Source: the human T2T-CHM13v2.0 reference genome, Homo sapiens
Strand: one strand, 5' to 3'
NCBI RefSeq assembly: GCF_009914755.1
Contig: NC_060931.1
Length of the DNA stretch: 64,000 nt
Numbering within the stretch: position 1 is the first letter of the stretch; every line of letters begins with the position of its first letter. The notes under the pieces are model-generated. The model made no database searches. It had not been told where the DNA came from and saw nothing but the letters and a program-made list of their open reading frames with translations. Of this stretch, positions 43,694 through 60,792 are shown piece after piece. The position numbers and the translations under genes were made by a program.

Positions 43694-45291
43694 TCAGGTA
43701 AACTATAATCTGCTTTTCCTCACTCTGCGTAAGCAGGAGAAACCTCCAAGGCTGACATTGGACTCTGTCAAGGATGTTCCTGAAAGGCTGCGTTTGAGGT
43801 CAAGCCTGCAGCCAAAGGCCCCCAGAGCGAGGACTTCAAACCAGAGATGGGAATTTAATGGCCAGAACAGAAAGTACTTTTGGCCTCTTGCAGGAATGAA
43901 AAGCAGACACCAATTCCCCAGGGTGGGTAAGGTTCTCCTTGCTACACAGGCACAGGTCTGTGCTCTTTACAAAGAGCTGCAGACGATTGTTTCTGGATTG
44001 GGCGCTTGGCTGCTCAATGATTAATGAGAATCTAATATCACTTTTGTTTGGACCCCAAGCTAAAAGAGGAAAGAGGCAATAGATGCACCTCCCCAGGGCT
44101 CAGAATTCTCCAGAGGTTTCCCAGTGCTTACGGGCCAGGGTCAGAATGCCTTGGTTGGCATTCAGGGACTTGCTGGTCTGGCCCCAAACAACCATCTCGA
44201 TGTTTCCTGATTTCAAACCTCTGTACCAGCCAAATGTCTTCAGCCTCACCCAATGGACTCTGCCCATCCTCTTCCTGCGATTCTCCCAACAGGCAATGCC
44301 TACCCCACCCAACCTCCAAGGGCCAACTGAGGTCTTGGTCTTCCTTCTGAACTCTGCACTCCAGTCCCTTCTCAGACCCCCATGGTCCTCAAAGCTTTGG
44401 CCTTCTGATCCAGGCCTGTATTGATAGCTAACTGTTGAGTCGGCCTGTATCTCTCTGGATCCTTCACTTTCATGCTAAGGGCCTTGAGAAGCAGGGAGGG
44501 AGGCCTTCGATGATGTTTCTTTGTGTTCTTTACCCAGCACTTGCTATAGAAATTATGAGAATTAAATAAATGCTGTTGATTAATGAGGGATGGATGGACA
44601 GAGGTCCCTGAGTCCTATAAGCTTGTCCTTGCAGGCCAAGCTTTGCAGGGAACCTGGGTGCAGGGCTGGGAGGATGCTCAAGGGTGATTCGGTTTAGTGG
44701 CCATTGGACTAAAGTAGAGTTTCGAAGCTTCAGATCCCTCAACCTCCTAATCATAGCCCAGACAGATGAGTCTTCTGGTCTTGCTCAGACACCTCTAGGA
44801 AAGAACTACTGCTTAGTTTTCTACATCTCCACCCCCATAGCTGCAGAGAGGATTTTTTTTTTTTTTTTTTTTTTTTTGAGAGGGAGTTCTAATACATGCC
44901 CAAAGAAAGCGAGATTTCATGGCAGACAGACAAGGAATGCTGGTCCAACCTCTGGGCACTCACTGCCCAACCATGAACAGGTATTTCTCTCCAAATAAAG
45001 ATAGGAACCCAAATAAAGACATGAAGCCCCTCAAGCAGCCCCCAACCCCAGGGGCAATGCTCAGTCAGTCTGAGACTGATGCAGGCCATAGAATAGGACT
45101 CTCCCCTGTCATCAGCCCCCATCCCATTGTCTCCTAGCCAAGACAGAGTGCCAAAGGCCAGGGCCGGGCAGAGAACCAACCTCCCTTGGTTGCCTCGAAA
45201 GGGCACCCTCTGGGGAAAAGTAATATAATTCTGAACAAGATAAACTCAAATTCTAGTACCTCCTCATCTCTATGGCAAGGGCAGACCCAGA

Positions 45292-45312
45292 CCCCCCCCC
45301 CCCCCCCACACA

Positions 45313-45348
<36 letters not shown>
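45292..45348. repeat. C16 run fused to (CA)n microsatellite
   Basis: Read directly. Confidence 0.95.
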
Positions 45349-46364
45349 GCCCACGACAGCTCCTTTCCTCGAAAGCCCTGATTGCCTCCCCCCTCCCAAG
45401 ACCCGCCTGACACACAGGCCCTTGAGGGTTGCAAGGCTGGACGGTAGGGACAGTACCCTGGTCTAAACTCGGGGTCAGGGTGATTGAGATGGCAAGGGCA
45501 CCCTTAAATCTCCATTCAGAGTGACAGCCAATCAAGACCCCTGGGAAAACCTGCAGTTTCCGGGCCTCCAGGTGCTCCCTGCGAACCCCCCTCCCATCAG
45601 AATCCCCCAAATCACATCCTGGTACCGGCTGAAGGCTGCTCCTTGGTCTCAATCAATAAGCAATGATTTCTTCAAGATCCTACTGTATTCGCGGTGGAGG
45701 TGGGGGTGGAGGGCTTCTCTGGGGGAGGGCACAGACCCCTCCAGAGGAGCCCATTTCTAAAGGAAAGGCGGAGTCATGCTTAGGAGGCGAAGGTGTTGGC
45801 TGCACCTCAGGCCCACTGAAGCTGGGGTTCCCAAGTGGCCAACCTAGAACCTTCCCCGTCTCTGCCAAGGGCTCCATTCCTGCCCCCTCACCTCCTAGGA
45901 TGGTTGAAACCTGGCTTCTCACTGTCCTCCCAGCGCCACCTGTGCCTCCCTGCCCACGGGCTCAGCCCCACACATCTTCCATCGATCTCCTGTAGGTGTG
46001 CGGGCAGGGGGCTCCGGAGGGCACGGTACAAGCCCCTTCCGGCGGCGCTGCCCTCCCTCCCGTCCGGCAGGTCTCCCGAGGTGGGCGGCGAGCCCCGCAG
46101 CCCAGTCCCTGGAGTCCAGCGCGATCTCCCGGGCAGCCCGGCGGCGGCGCGGCGGGAAAGCCAGAGCCCATCCCGGCCGGCCAGCCGCCTCCAGAATCCT
46201 GGCCCGGCTCCCTCCTCCGGCACGCCTGGAGTTGGGGCCAACAGGCAGGATCAACAATCCAGAAACTTTCAATGGATCGCGCCGGCTAGGAGGGGGAGAA
46301 GGGAGGGCGCCAGGGCTGGGGGTGTGGGGAGGGGGCTCGGGGCAAAGCCCCTGCTCACACTTAC

Positions 46365-46382
46365 CATCTTGCTCACATCCAT
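46365..46382 (-). CDS. HIP1: Coding part of HIP1 alternative first exon in CpG island: MDVSKM
   Basis: Minus strand ggtc ATG GAT GTG AGC AAG ATG|gtaagt: strong Kozak (G-3, G+4), 6 whole codons and a consensus donor, in phase with exon 2 (gives MDVSKM-TVSINKA...). Confidence 0.82.
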
Positions 46383-46445
46383 GACCGAGGCTGCGGGGCA
46401 CCCCCCCACCCCTGGAGATCCCGCTTCCCCCAAAGCTGCTCCCGG

Positions 46446-46469
46446 CTAATCGCGCCCCGAGGGTGCCAT
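46446..46469 (-). CDS. Candidate uORF MAPSGRD* in the 5' leader of the MDVSKM exon
   Basis: gcagc ATG GCA CCC TCG GGG CGC GAT TAG (A-3, G+4). It ends 63 nt before the main ATG, in the same frame. Requires a TSS above 46469. Confidence 0.5.
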   Translation of the reverse strand: MAPSGRD

Positions 46470-46512
46470 GCTGCGGGGAGGGCGGCCGGCAGGGCCCCCG
46501 CGGACCGGGGCA

Positions 46513-46533
46513 GGCGGCGGCGGCGGCGGCGGC
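46513..46533. repeat. (GGC)7 trinucleotide repeat in the island
   Basis: ggcggcggcggcggcggcggc read directly. Confidence 0.95.
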
Positions 46534-46685
46534 ACCAAGGCTGGACCGGAGAAAGGAAGGGGAGGGGGAGGGGAGGCGGCGAGGGGGAGGGGGAGGGGGG
46601 CGGGCGCGGAGCCGCAGCGCGCGCCGGGGGCGGGGGAGGCGCGGCCCCGCCGGCAGAGACCGGCGCGCCCGAGCCCCCGGGGACC

Positions 46686-46695
46686 GGGAAATCCC
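46686..46695. promoter_or_regulatory. NF-kB consensus site GGGAAATCCC
   Basis: Fits GGGRNWYYCC. Embedded in the inverted repeat CCGGGA-AA-TCCCGG. Confidence 0.4.
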
Positions 46696-46873
46696 GGAAT
46701 CAGCTGGCGGGGGCGCGAGGGGAGACCGGGAGGCGGGTTCCCGGGCCAGATCCCGCGGCCCCCGGGCTCGCACGGCGAGGATGTGATTTGAATAACAAAA
46801 GGTGGCTTCTCCCCAGAGTTCCCGGTGGCGGGGATCGCCGATCCCGGAGCGAGAGGCCGCCGGCCCGCCAGGA

Positions 46874-46874
<1 letters not shown>

Positions 46875-46910
<36 letters not shown>

Positions 46911-46951
46911 CCGCGTGTGTGTGCAGGCGTGCGTGTGCATGCATGCGTGTG
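46875..46951. repeat. (GT)n microsatellite with alternating purine-pyrimidine extension
   Basis: gcgtgtgt...gtgcgcccgcgtgtgtgtgcaggcgtgcgtgtgcatgcatgcgtgtgt. Confidence 0.95.
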
Positions 46952-47802
46952 TTTTGGTGGTGGGATCAGTGGGACTCAGGAAGTGAGCAGGGGAGGTGGT
47001 GAAAAAGGAGGGACAGATGGGGGGCGCAGGAGGCCGACATTCCAGTGGGGGCAGGGGGTCCGCTCGGCCCCTCCCCACTTGGCTTCCCTGGACAAAGGGG
47101 GAATTCACGGCCAGTTGTTTGCCTCCTGCGGCTAATCTGGAGGGGCCTCCCGAATGAGACTGGGGTCTCCAAACAGATGGGCAATTGGGAGGAAGTGGAA
47201 CAGGTATCCCCAGGAAGGCTCTGAGCGTCCCCCTCCCACGTGAGCCACAGCCAGCCCTTCCTGGAGTGAGGGAAATTGGCTCCGTGGTTCCTAAATGATG
47301 TCTGCCCTGAGCTGGGAGCTCCTTTCTCTCAAGCCAGAATCCCGATGTCCCTTTCCTTATTCGATGCCGAAATGCAAGGCAGACATTCCCCTCTGCAGTA
47401 GACACAGCTGGTGGCCTCAAAAGGTCTCCTGGCAAATGCTCCTTTGGGGCAAGTTCTCCGGAAAAAGCCTGGCCATTCAAGCCTATAGTTTCAACACAGT
47501 CTGTCCCCCCAAAATCAGATGGCAGTAAAGTTTTGGATGCAGCAGGGACCTGAGAGTCCACCTAGATCAACCCCACTTTATACGGAGAGGAAACTGAGAT
47601 CCAGAGAGGGAGAGGGAGGTGCCCCAGGTCACACACCCGGCAGGGACTGGGGAGCAGGGCAGACTTCAGTAAGGACCATCCAGCCCAAGCCCAGAAGGGC
47701 TTCCCATGCTGCCACGGGGCAACCATGAAGTTAGGGCTTTTAAAATAATGAACAGGTGGGCCTGGCTCCCGGCGGGCTCACGCCTGTAATCCCAGCACTT
47801 TA

Positions 47803-48281
<479 letters not shown>

Positions 48282-48354
48282 CTATCTGCCTGCCTCCTAG
48301 GGGTATGTGAGAACATCAAGATATAAGAAATAATATCTTGGGCTTGGTGGTTCA

Positions 48355-49084
<730 letters not shown>

Positions 49085-49544
49085 TGACTGTTTTTCTACA
49101 TTCACAATCTGTTCTTCCTCCTGTTTTCTGGCTCAACTAATGGTTCTACCTCCACTGAGCTGGTTAAGCTGGAAACTTCAAAGGCAGCCTTAATTCCTCC
49201 AGCAACAATCCCCGCTCCCACTCCATCTAATCAGGTCCCACATCCCTGCGATTCTTTCTTGCAAGTAGCTTCCAATCTATGTCTTATTGACTATTCCTTC
49301 CCTGGATAAGACTTTCGACAACAGCCTCTGCCTTCAGTCTCTTCCTGTCCAATTCATCCTATACACATCTAATTGTGACTCCCTACTGGCCAGCCCATCC
49401 CAAATAGAAAAAAAGAAAAAAACAACAGGCCGGGTGCAGTGGCTCATGCCTGTAATCTCAGCACTTTGGGAGGCTGAGGTGGGAGGATTGCTTGAGGCCA
49501 GGATTCTAGACCAGCCTGGGTAACAGAGTGAGACCCTGTCTTCA

Positions 49545-49679
<135 letters not shown>

Positions 49680-49735
49680 CTACTAAAAATACAAAAATAT
49701 CTGGGAGTGGTGGCGCATGCCTGTAATCCCATCTA

Positions 49736-49843
<108 letters not shown>

Positions 49844-50952
49844 TCAAAACAAAACAAAACAAAACCCTTCTATGGTTTATTTGGTTCTCAATGCTATAGA
49901 CATATCTGCCCCCATTCTTGTCTATCCTCTCTCATCCTCCCACCCTGCCCATCCATCAAACTGCTCATCTGTGCCCAGGATGCTCCTGGAAGGTCCTTCC
50001 CTCTTCCTGAGCTTAGAAGTGTCTTTCTCATCCTTCAGGACTGACCTCAAATGTTACCTTCCCTGACCCATCGGACACAGCCAGTCCCTTGGGAGTCCCT
50101 TCCCACAATGGACAGCCTTGAGCACAGCCTGCATTTCCCTAGGATGGGAGGGTCTGAGCCCAGGACTACCTGGCTCACCTGTGAGCAAACTCAGGCCAAA
50201 GTTGGCCTCACTGGTCTTTGCATCTTGAGTGCCCTGGCCCTTACTTCCAGCCGGAATTCCAACCCCACAGCACTCCACGTTTAACATCCACTGAAAAGCA
50301 CACAACAGGCCTAGAAGGCTCTCAGTTCCTTGACGTAATTCGTACAGAAGGTGAGGTGGGCGTGTCTTGGTAGAGGCTGACACCTACTGGTGAGTCGAGA
50401 TTCTGCAGCCTAGCCCTAAAGACCACACTGAGGTTTTCACTGCCAGACTCTGGCAAGGCTTTATAGCCTCCTTTAGAGGCATAGAAGTCCATTAATTCCC
50501 AGTAATGATATTTAAGATAAAAAATATTGCTTATGAAAGGGCCTTAAGTAACATATGTTACTATGCTAATGCTAGCAGTAGGCGTCTACAGAGGGCTGTA
50601 ACGTTTACAAAAGGTATTTTTACTCATTATTTCATTTCACCCTTAAAAAGTCAGGAAAGGGGCCAGTTGTGGTGGCTCATGCCTGTAATCCCAGCACTTT
50701 AGGAGGCCAAGGCAGGAGGACTGCTTGAGCCCAGGAGTTCGAGACCAGCCTAGGCAACATAGTGAGACCCCATCTCTATTTCCATTTAAATTAAAAGAAT
50801 TTTTTTAAGTCAGGAAAGGCGTAGAATGGGTATTATTATTACAATGCGTATTTTGCAGGTATTGTGGAAGAGTGCATGGATGAGACCTGGGAAGGGCAGT
50901 GGGATGGGAAGGGTTAGTCCAAAGGTTCTGTAACTTTGCCTACAGTGTTTTA

Positions 50953-51530
<578 letters not shown>

Positions 51531-51602
51531 TGGCTGGCTCTTGGCTCCACACACCTGTCTCTCAGCTTACTTGGTGGCTAGCTCTTGGAAGCTTCTGGAT
51601 AA

Positions 51603-51909
<307 letters not shown>

Positions 51910-52465
51910 TAATTTTTTAAAAGATTAAACGTAAGAAAAAAAAGAATAAAAAGCCAGGATAACAGTAGTCATTGTCATTAAAATGACAGCAAATACGTAG
52001 GTTTTATGGTGCGGGGGAGGAGCTAGAGTCACTGACCATGCCCAGCTGAGCTGTGGAGGATATTCATCAACCAACACTAGCTGAGTGATTCCTCATCTCC
52101 CCATGGGAACGCCTGCAAGCAAAGCCTTAGCCAGGGTGAGGGAGATCCCAGCCAGGCTGTGATCCTGGTGGCTCTGGCACAGAGCATTCTCACCGGGCTT
52201 GCCTTGGACAGGAGATGGACTTTTTCAACAAATCCAGGAACCTTCACTTTGACTCAAATGAGAAAAGCCTTTTGCTGCCTCTCTTTCTGGGGGCATGATT
52301 ACACCCTCAGGAAACACACAAATTCCTAGACCTAGGGCTTAGTTCAGGACACCTGAAAGGTGCAGCGTCACTCAGGAACTAGGAAGATGGGTGTTGCTGG
52401 TGGGAGAGGGGGCACTGTGTCATGCTATGAATCATAATAACAGATAACATTGATCACGTTCTTAG

Positions 52466-53601
<1,136 letters not shown>

Positions 53602-54363
53602 TGACCAGGCTGGCGTCGAACTCCTGACCTCAGGTGATCCACTCATCTCGGCCTCCCAAAGTGCTGGGATTACGAGCGTGAGCCACCTCGCCTGGCCACA
53701 GTCATTAAATCTAATGAGCAGCTGTGCAGTGCTTTGCTGACCACAGGGTCTACAAGTGCAAGGCACTCACCTGCAGCGTGCCAGGGGGCATGGCCAGATA
53801 TTCTGCCTGTGCTGTCCTCTCTGATGCTCCCAGCGAGCTTCACCAATGTGGACACTGAGATAGAGAGACATTAGTGGCTTGCCCGGGGTCTTGCAGGGAG
53901 TAACCACGACCGGTCATCCGCCTGCCTGTTCCTTGCTTCCTCCCATATCCGTGGCCCCCTTTCCCCAGGGGTCCACTTGGCACAGCAAGGGCTGAGATCA
54001 CTTTTGGTTGACAATTTGGCAGCCTTTTAGGAGCGAGGCCATCTGCTGGGATATGTCTGCCCCATGGCACTCTCTGGACACCAGCTGGGGATGTTGGAGC
54101 TGCCCCTGGGGAACCCTGAGAGCTGTAGCATAAATGAGTGATGAGGTGAGGCCTGCAGTGCCACTTAGAGCCAGGAAAGGTCAAGTGCTCTGCAATCATC
54201 AGGCCCCCTCCAGGACCAATGTCAGACTGGAGAGGGCGGCAGATCCCACAGGGCCCAGGAGCATAGCCCACTACATAAGGTGCCTGGAAGTGGACCCTCC
54301 TGGTTAGGAAAGGGCCAGGGCCTCCTAAGAGGGAGGGCTTAGAGGCTCCGAGTACCCCTCTCA

Positions 54364-54785
<422 letters not shown>

Positions 54786-55425
54786 CTAGTCCTGTTTACC
54801 AGTGGCTGCTTTTGGGACTTTCGCTGCTGCTAAGCCATCTCAGAAGTGTGCTTCCCTTCAGAGGAAGGGACACATGAAAGGCGGAATGAGTGGACAGACA
54901 ATAGTTTCAAATAAAGAGAAACCAAAGTTCTCCCGGAGCTCTCAGGCAATTCACCATGATGCTCTGGGTCAGGGTGTGCATGGCTGCTCCAAGGCCCTGC
55001 TGGCCCTGGCAGCAGCTGGTTGGTCTGCAGGGACCTGGACAGACCAGCCAGTTCTGTCCCCATTTAGGGAGGCACCATGCACTTGCACATGTGGACGGAG
55101 CTGTGAAAGGGAAGATCATGGGTGCAGTGTGCTTGAAGAGGTGGGGCAGTGGGACTGAACACGAGTGGCAGTGTGACCAAGTGTGAGGCGTGGTGTGAAC
55201 CAGGTGAGTTCTATGCTGGAAGCAGAGCCATCTCACTGAGCAGATACACAGGGAGGGTGAGGGAGTTCCAGCTGGGCAGGGAGTTCCAGCTAGACCCCTT
55301 AGGCCCTCCTGTGTAGGCCACAGAAAGACAGCACAGGCTGCTATGCAGGGAGGGGTATGCTGGCCAGCCAGGCAAAGACAGACTCAGGTGCAAAGCACTG
55401 GGCACTTCTTGGCTTTCGGAGCTCC

Positions 55426-55673
55426 AGCTGAGGCTGGCTGGGGTAGCTGGGGCTGGTTGGAGTAGCTGAGGCTGGTTGGAGTAGCTGAGGGCTGGATGGA
55501 GTAGCTGAGAGTGGTTGAAGTAGCTGGGACTAGTTGGAGTAGCTGAAGCTGGTTGGAGTAGTTGGGGCTGGTTGGAGTAGCTGGGGCTCGTCGGAGTAGT
55601 TGGGGCTGATTGGAGTAGCTGGGGCTGGTTGGAGTAGATGAGGCTGGTTGGAGTAGCTGGGTCTGGTTGGAGT
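55426..55673. repeat. 19-bp minisatellite, 13 units, consensus AGCTGGGGCTGGTTGGAGT
   Basis: Units start at 55426, 55445, 55464, 55483 (20 bp), 55503, 55522, 55541, 55560, 55579, 55598, 55617, 55636 and 55655. Confidence 0.93.
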
Positions 55674-56293
55674 CACTGGGCAGGGTCATGGAGGAGCATC
55701 AAGCCTCAAAGCCCCTGTAGATTCAGTGTTCTCCCTGAACACTCTGCCCCTGATATTACTAGATCTGTTTTTCCTCCTGACACTGCTGTTGCCCCGATAT
55801 TAAACACAGGTGTCCATGGTCCCTTTCCACAGATTTGACGTCGCAGGGGAAAGGGTGATTTCAAGCACGGCTGAGCCATATGCGGATGCCAGGTGCACCC
55901 CCAGAACCTTTCCATTCTGCATGATAGACCCCCTAAGCTGCCGGAAGTCAGGGGCTGCAGAGGTGAGCCAGGAAGACAGAAGCCTGAATTGGGGCCATGG
56001 CTTCAAGAAGGGGGCAAGGAGAGACATGAGACGTGCTGTGGGAAGGAAGGCGGCACAGAGACACCCTGCCCAGAGAGCAGACCCTGGGAATGGGAGGCAG
56101 TGGGGACATTAAGAGGAATCAGGGTCAGGTTCAGTGACTCAGGCCTGTAATCCCAGCACTTTAGGAGGCCAAGATGGGAGGATCGCTTGAGCTCAGGAGT
56201 TTGAGGCCAGTCTGGGCAACATAGTGAGACCTGGTCTCACTGGGACTACAGGTGCATGCCACCATGACTGGCTATTTTTTATTTTTTTCTTAG

Positions 56294-56770
<477 letters not shown>

Positions 56771-56836
56771 TGAATCTGAGAGGGCAAAAATAAAGGAGCC
56801 AGACAGAGGGTGGAGGAAAACAGAGGTTGTTATTGC

Positions 56837-56997
56837 CAGCTGCGGTTCTTCACCCCAGCTGCACACTCCAATTACCTGGGAAGCCTGGGCCCCGCCCCAG
56901 GGATTCTGATGTAATGGGTCTGGGATCAGCCTGGGCATCAGAACTTTAAACCTCCCCCAGGAGGCTGTGATGTGTAGCCAAGACTATGAACAACTGA
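56837..56997. mobile_element. MER5-like (hAT-Charlie) element
   Basis: gggccccgccccagggattctgatgtaatgggtctggg..gcctgggcatcag...cccccagg...gatgtgtagccaag. Confidence 0.7.
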
Positions 56998-57064
56998 ACA
57001 ACCACAGCCAGGACTCAGGAACCCCCGGCCTGGTCTTGGCTGAAGCTGAGGGCTGCAGGAAGCA

Positions 57065-57134
57065 AGGAAGTGTGGCACTTCCCTTACTGCTTCTCCTACA
57101 CGGGGAATTTCCAAGCTCCCACCTGGAATTTTCC
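57065..57134. promoter_or_regulatory. ETS + NF-kB motif cluster (candidate enhancer)
   Basis: AGGAAGTG (57065), inverted CACTTCC (57076), GGGGAATTTCC (57102-57112) and TGGAATTTTCC (57124-57134). Confidence 0.4.
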
Positions 57135-57629
57135 ATCCCTTGGCCAAAAGTTCAGCATAGGCGGAGACCTCTGAACGCTTTGCCTCTGATATTAATAGAC
57201 CTGTTTTTCCTCCTGACACTGCTGTTCCCCCCATATTAAACACAGGTGTCCATGGTCCCTTTCCACAGATTTGACATCACAGGGGAAAGGGTGACTTCAA
57301 GCGTGGCTGAGCTATATGGAGATGCCAGGTGCACCCCCAGAGCCTAACCATTCTGCAAGATAGACCCCCTAAGAAAAACACCTGGCTTGGTCTTAGGATC
57401 TCATGATTAGCTGGCGGGTTCTGGGAAGCAAAGATCTGCCGAATTTCTAAAGCCTCTCCAGGCAGGCTGCGGGAGGCCAGCAGGGGTCAGAGGGCCTTTT
57501 AGAGGCACCAGGACAGACGGGAGCCACTCAGCCAAGTCCCTGAGTCAGCAAACAGCCTGGAAATCTCGCCTCAAGGGTGCCCCAGGCTGCCAGAGCTCTC
57601 TGCCCCTGCCCGCCAGCTCCTCCCTGTAA

Positions 57630-58016
<387 letters not shown>

Positions 58017-58554
58017 TGAGCCACCATACCCGGCTCTGCCCAGTTATCTCCAAAGCAGTGTCCCAGAAGCATGGACCAGGCTGAGGGCAGGAAGTACCAG
58101 CTCAGAGTCGCCTGTAGTGGCTCAGAGCTGGTGTCCCCGCCCTGGGGAGGGTGGCAGCCAAGCTAATTCCATGTTATCACGGCTTACAGGAAGCCAGCTT
58201 GGCCCGGCTGTGAGCCAGCAGCAATTTACTGGCCTTGGGGGCAGAGTGAGGGAGAAGAGGGAAGAGAAAGGAAAACACAGCCCTCTCCCCACCACACAAA
58301 AAAACTGATTCTGGGTTATTGTTAGGTGCTTATTCATCCCGCACATTTCTTTTTGAGAGCCACGACATGAGCTCTGCAACCAAAGCCATTTAGCAAGAGA
58401 CAGCTGCCCACACAGGAGGAGGGAGGGGCATGGGGGGACTCAGTCCGCATGAAAACGGGGGAGGGTGAGAGGGTCTTCAAAGACCTGAGGCACAGTGGCT
58501 CACACCTGTAATCCCAGCACTTTGGGAGGCAGAGGCAGGCCGATCACGAGGTCA

Positions 58555-58764
<210 letters not shown>

Positions 58765-58765
58765 T

Positions 58766-58799
<34 letters not shown>

Positions 58800-58959
58800 A
58801 GGATTCTCCACACTGTAAAAACATCCCAAGATTCTAAAGCCAAAGTAGGGATGCTGAATGCAGAGTGGTTCTTACATCAGAACCCCAAGTTCAAGTCCTG
58901 CCTTCCTATCTGTGTAGCCTTGGGTGGGTCACTGTCAAATTCAGAGGAGGCCCTGGGCG

Positions 58960-59355
<396 letters not shown>

Positions 59356-59402
59356 TCACACCTGGAATCCTAGCAATTTGGGAGGCCAAGGCAGGTGGAT
59401 CA

Positions 59403-59618
<216 letters not shown>

Positions 59619-59854
59619 TCAAAAAAAAAAAAAAAACCACTATATGTATGTTAATTTTTTCATTGTTTTAAGTTTACATTTTCATTTTTTAAGAGATGGG
59701 GTGTTGCTCTGTCATCTGGAGTGCAGTGGTGCGATTATAACTCACTGCAGCCTCCAACTCCTGGGCTCAAACAATCCTCTCACCTCAGCCTCCTGAGTAG
59801 CTAGGACTACAGGTGCGTGCCACTGCTCCTAGCTAATTTTTAAATTTTTTGTAG

Positions 59855-59989
<135 letters not shown>

Positions 59990-60283
59990 TAGTGAAAAAA
60001 AAAAACTCGTTTATAATGCTATATTAGAGTATGGATAGAATGTGAAGATCAGAGCCACAGAAAGTCTGAAGTGGTGAAGAGGTAAAATAGAAAGTCATAT
60101 TCACAATCGAACTCCTACCAGTGATGAGTGTGGAAGAGGCTTTATATCTTTTTAGATGAGAAAGCTAAAACTTACTTCTCCCCCTGTGAACAGGGCAATA
60201 CCCACTCTTGAGGGTCATAAAGGGTTAATGCAAACAGAAGCTCCCAGCAAAGCTCACAGGAGGTGCTCCTGAGGTCAGCTGAG

Positions 60284-60381
60284 TGTGACAGTTAATTCCA
60301 TGTGTCAACATGATTGGGCCACAGGGTGCCCAGATATTTGGCTAAACAATATATGTGGGTGTGTCAGTGAGGGTGTCTCTG
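60284..60381 (+). mobile_element. MLT2 (ERVL) LTR 5' fragment
   Basis: gttaattccatgtgtcaacatgattgggccacagggtgcccagatatttggctaaaca. Confidence 0.75.
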
Positions 60382-60681
60382 AAAACTCTGGTAAATAACA
60401 TATATGTTGGCTGCATTCATTAGGATATGTGATTTGGGTAATAAAGGTCTGGGAGAAAAAAAAAAACAAATTTGATCTCATTAAGCAGAGGAATTCCTAT
60501 TCCTCCCCAGGCTGGGGGTCTGCTCTGGGAATCTCATTGGCAATGAAGCACTTGATGAGATGTGTCCACGACTGTCAGATATCACACACGTCAAGCCTTA
60601 GGCACACACTAGTTCTGTAATCTGAGGCATCTTACTCTCTGTGGACCTCAGTGTGTCTATTAATAAAATAGGTATAGACTA

Positions 60682-60792
<111 letters not shown>

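Larger units (their letters stand above)
45990..46950. promoter_or_regulatory. Intragenic CpG island / internal HIP1 promoter
   Basis: Very GC-rich, dense CpG and non-repetitive. Contains GC boxes (GGGGCGGG), an ETS CCGGAAG motif (about 46036-46042, minus), and a start codon plus donor. Confidence 0.92.

Noticed and set aside
45835-47561. Long overlapping ORFs (204, 341, 371 aa) across the CpG island
   Set aside because: Stop-codon scarcity in very GC-rich DNA. Low-complexity P/A/R/G and HTHT from (GT)n, with no recognisable domain.
55426-55673. CRISPR-like array
   Set aside because: Units are contiguous with no unique spacers. The context is eukaryotic with no cas genes.
55384-55689. ORF with PTSPSYS / PTSPNYS resembling RNA polymerase II CTD heptads
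   Set aside because: The repeat unit is 19 bp, not 21, so the frame shifts every unit. There is no flanking POLR2A-like sequence, so this is most likely coincidence of a C-rich minisatellite.
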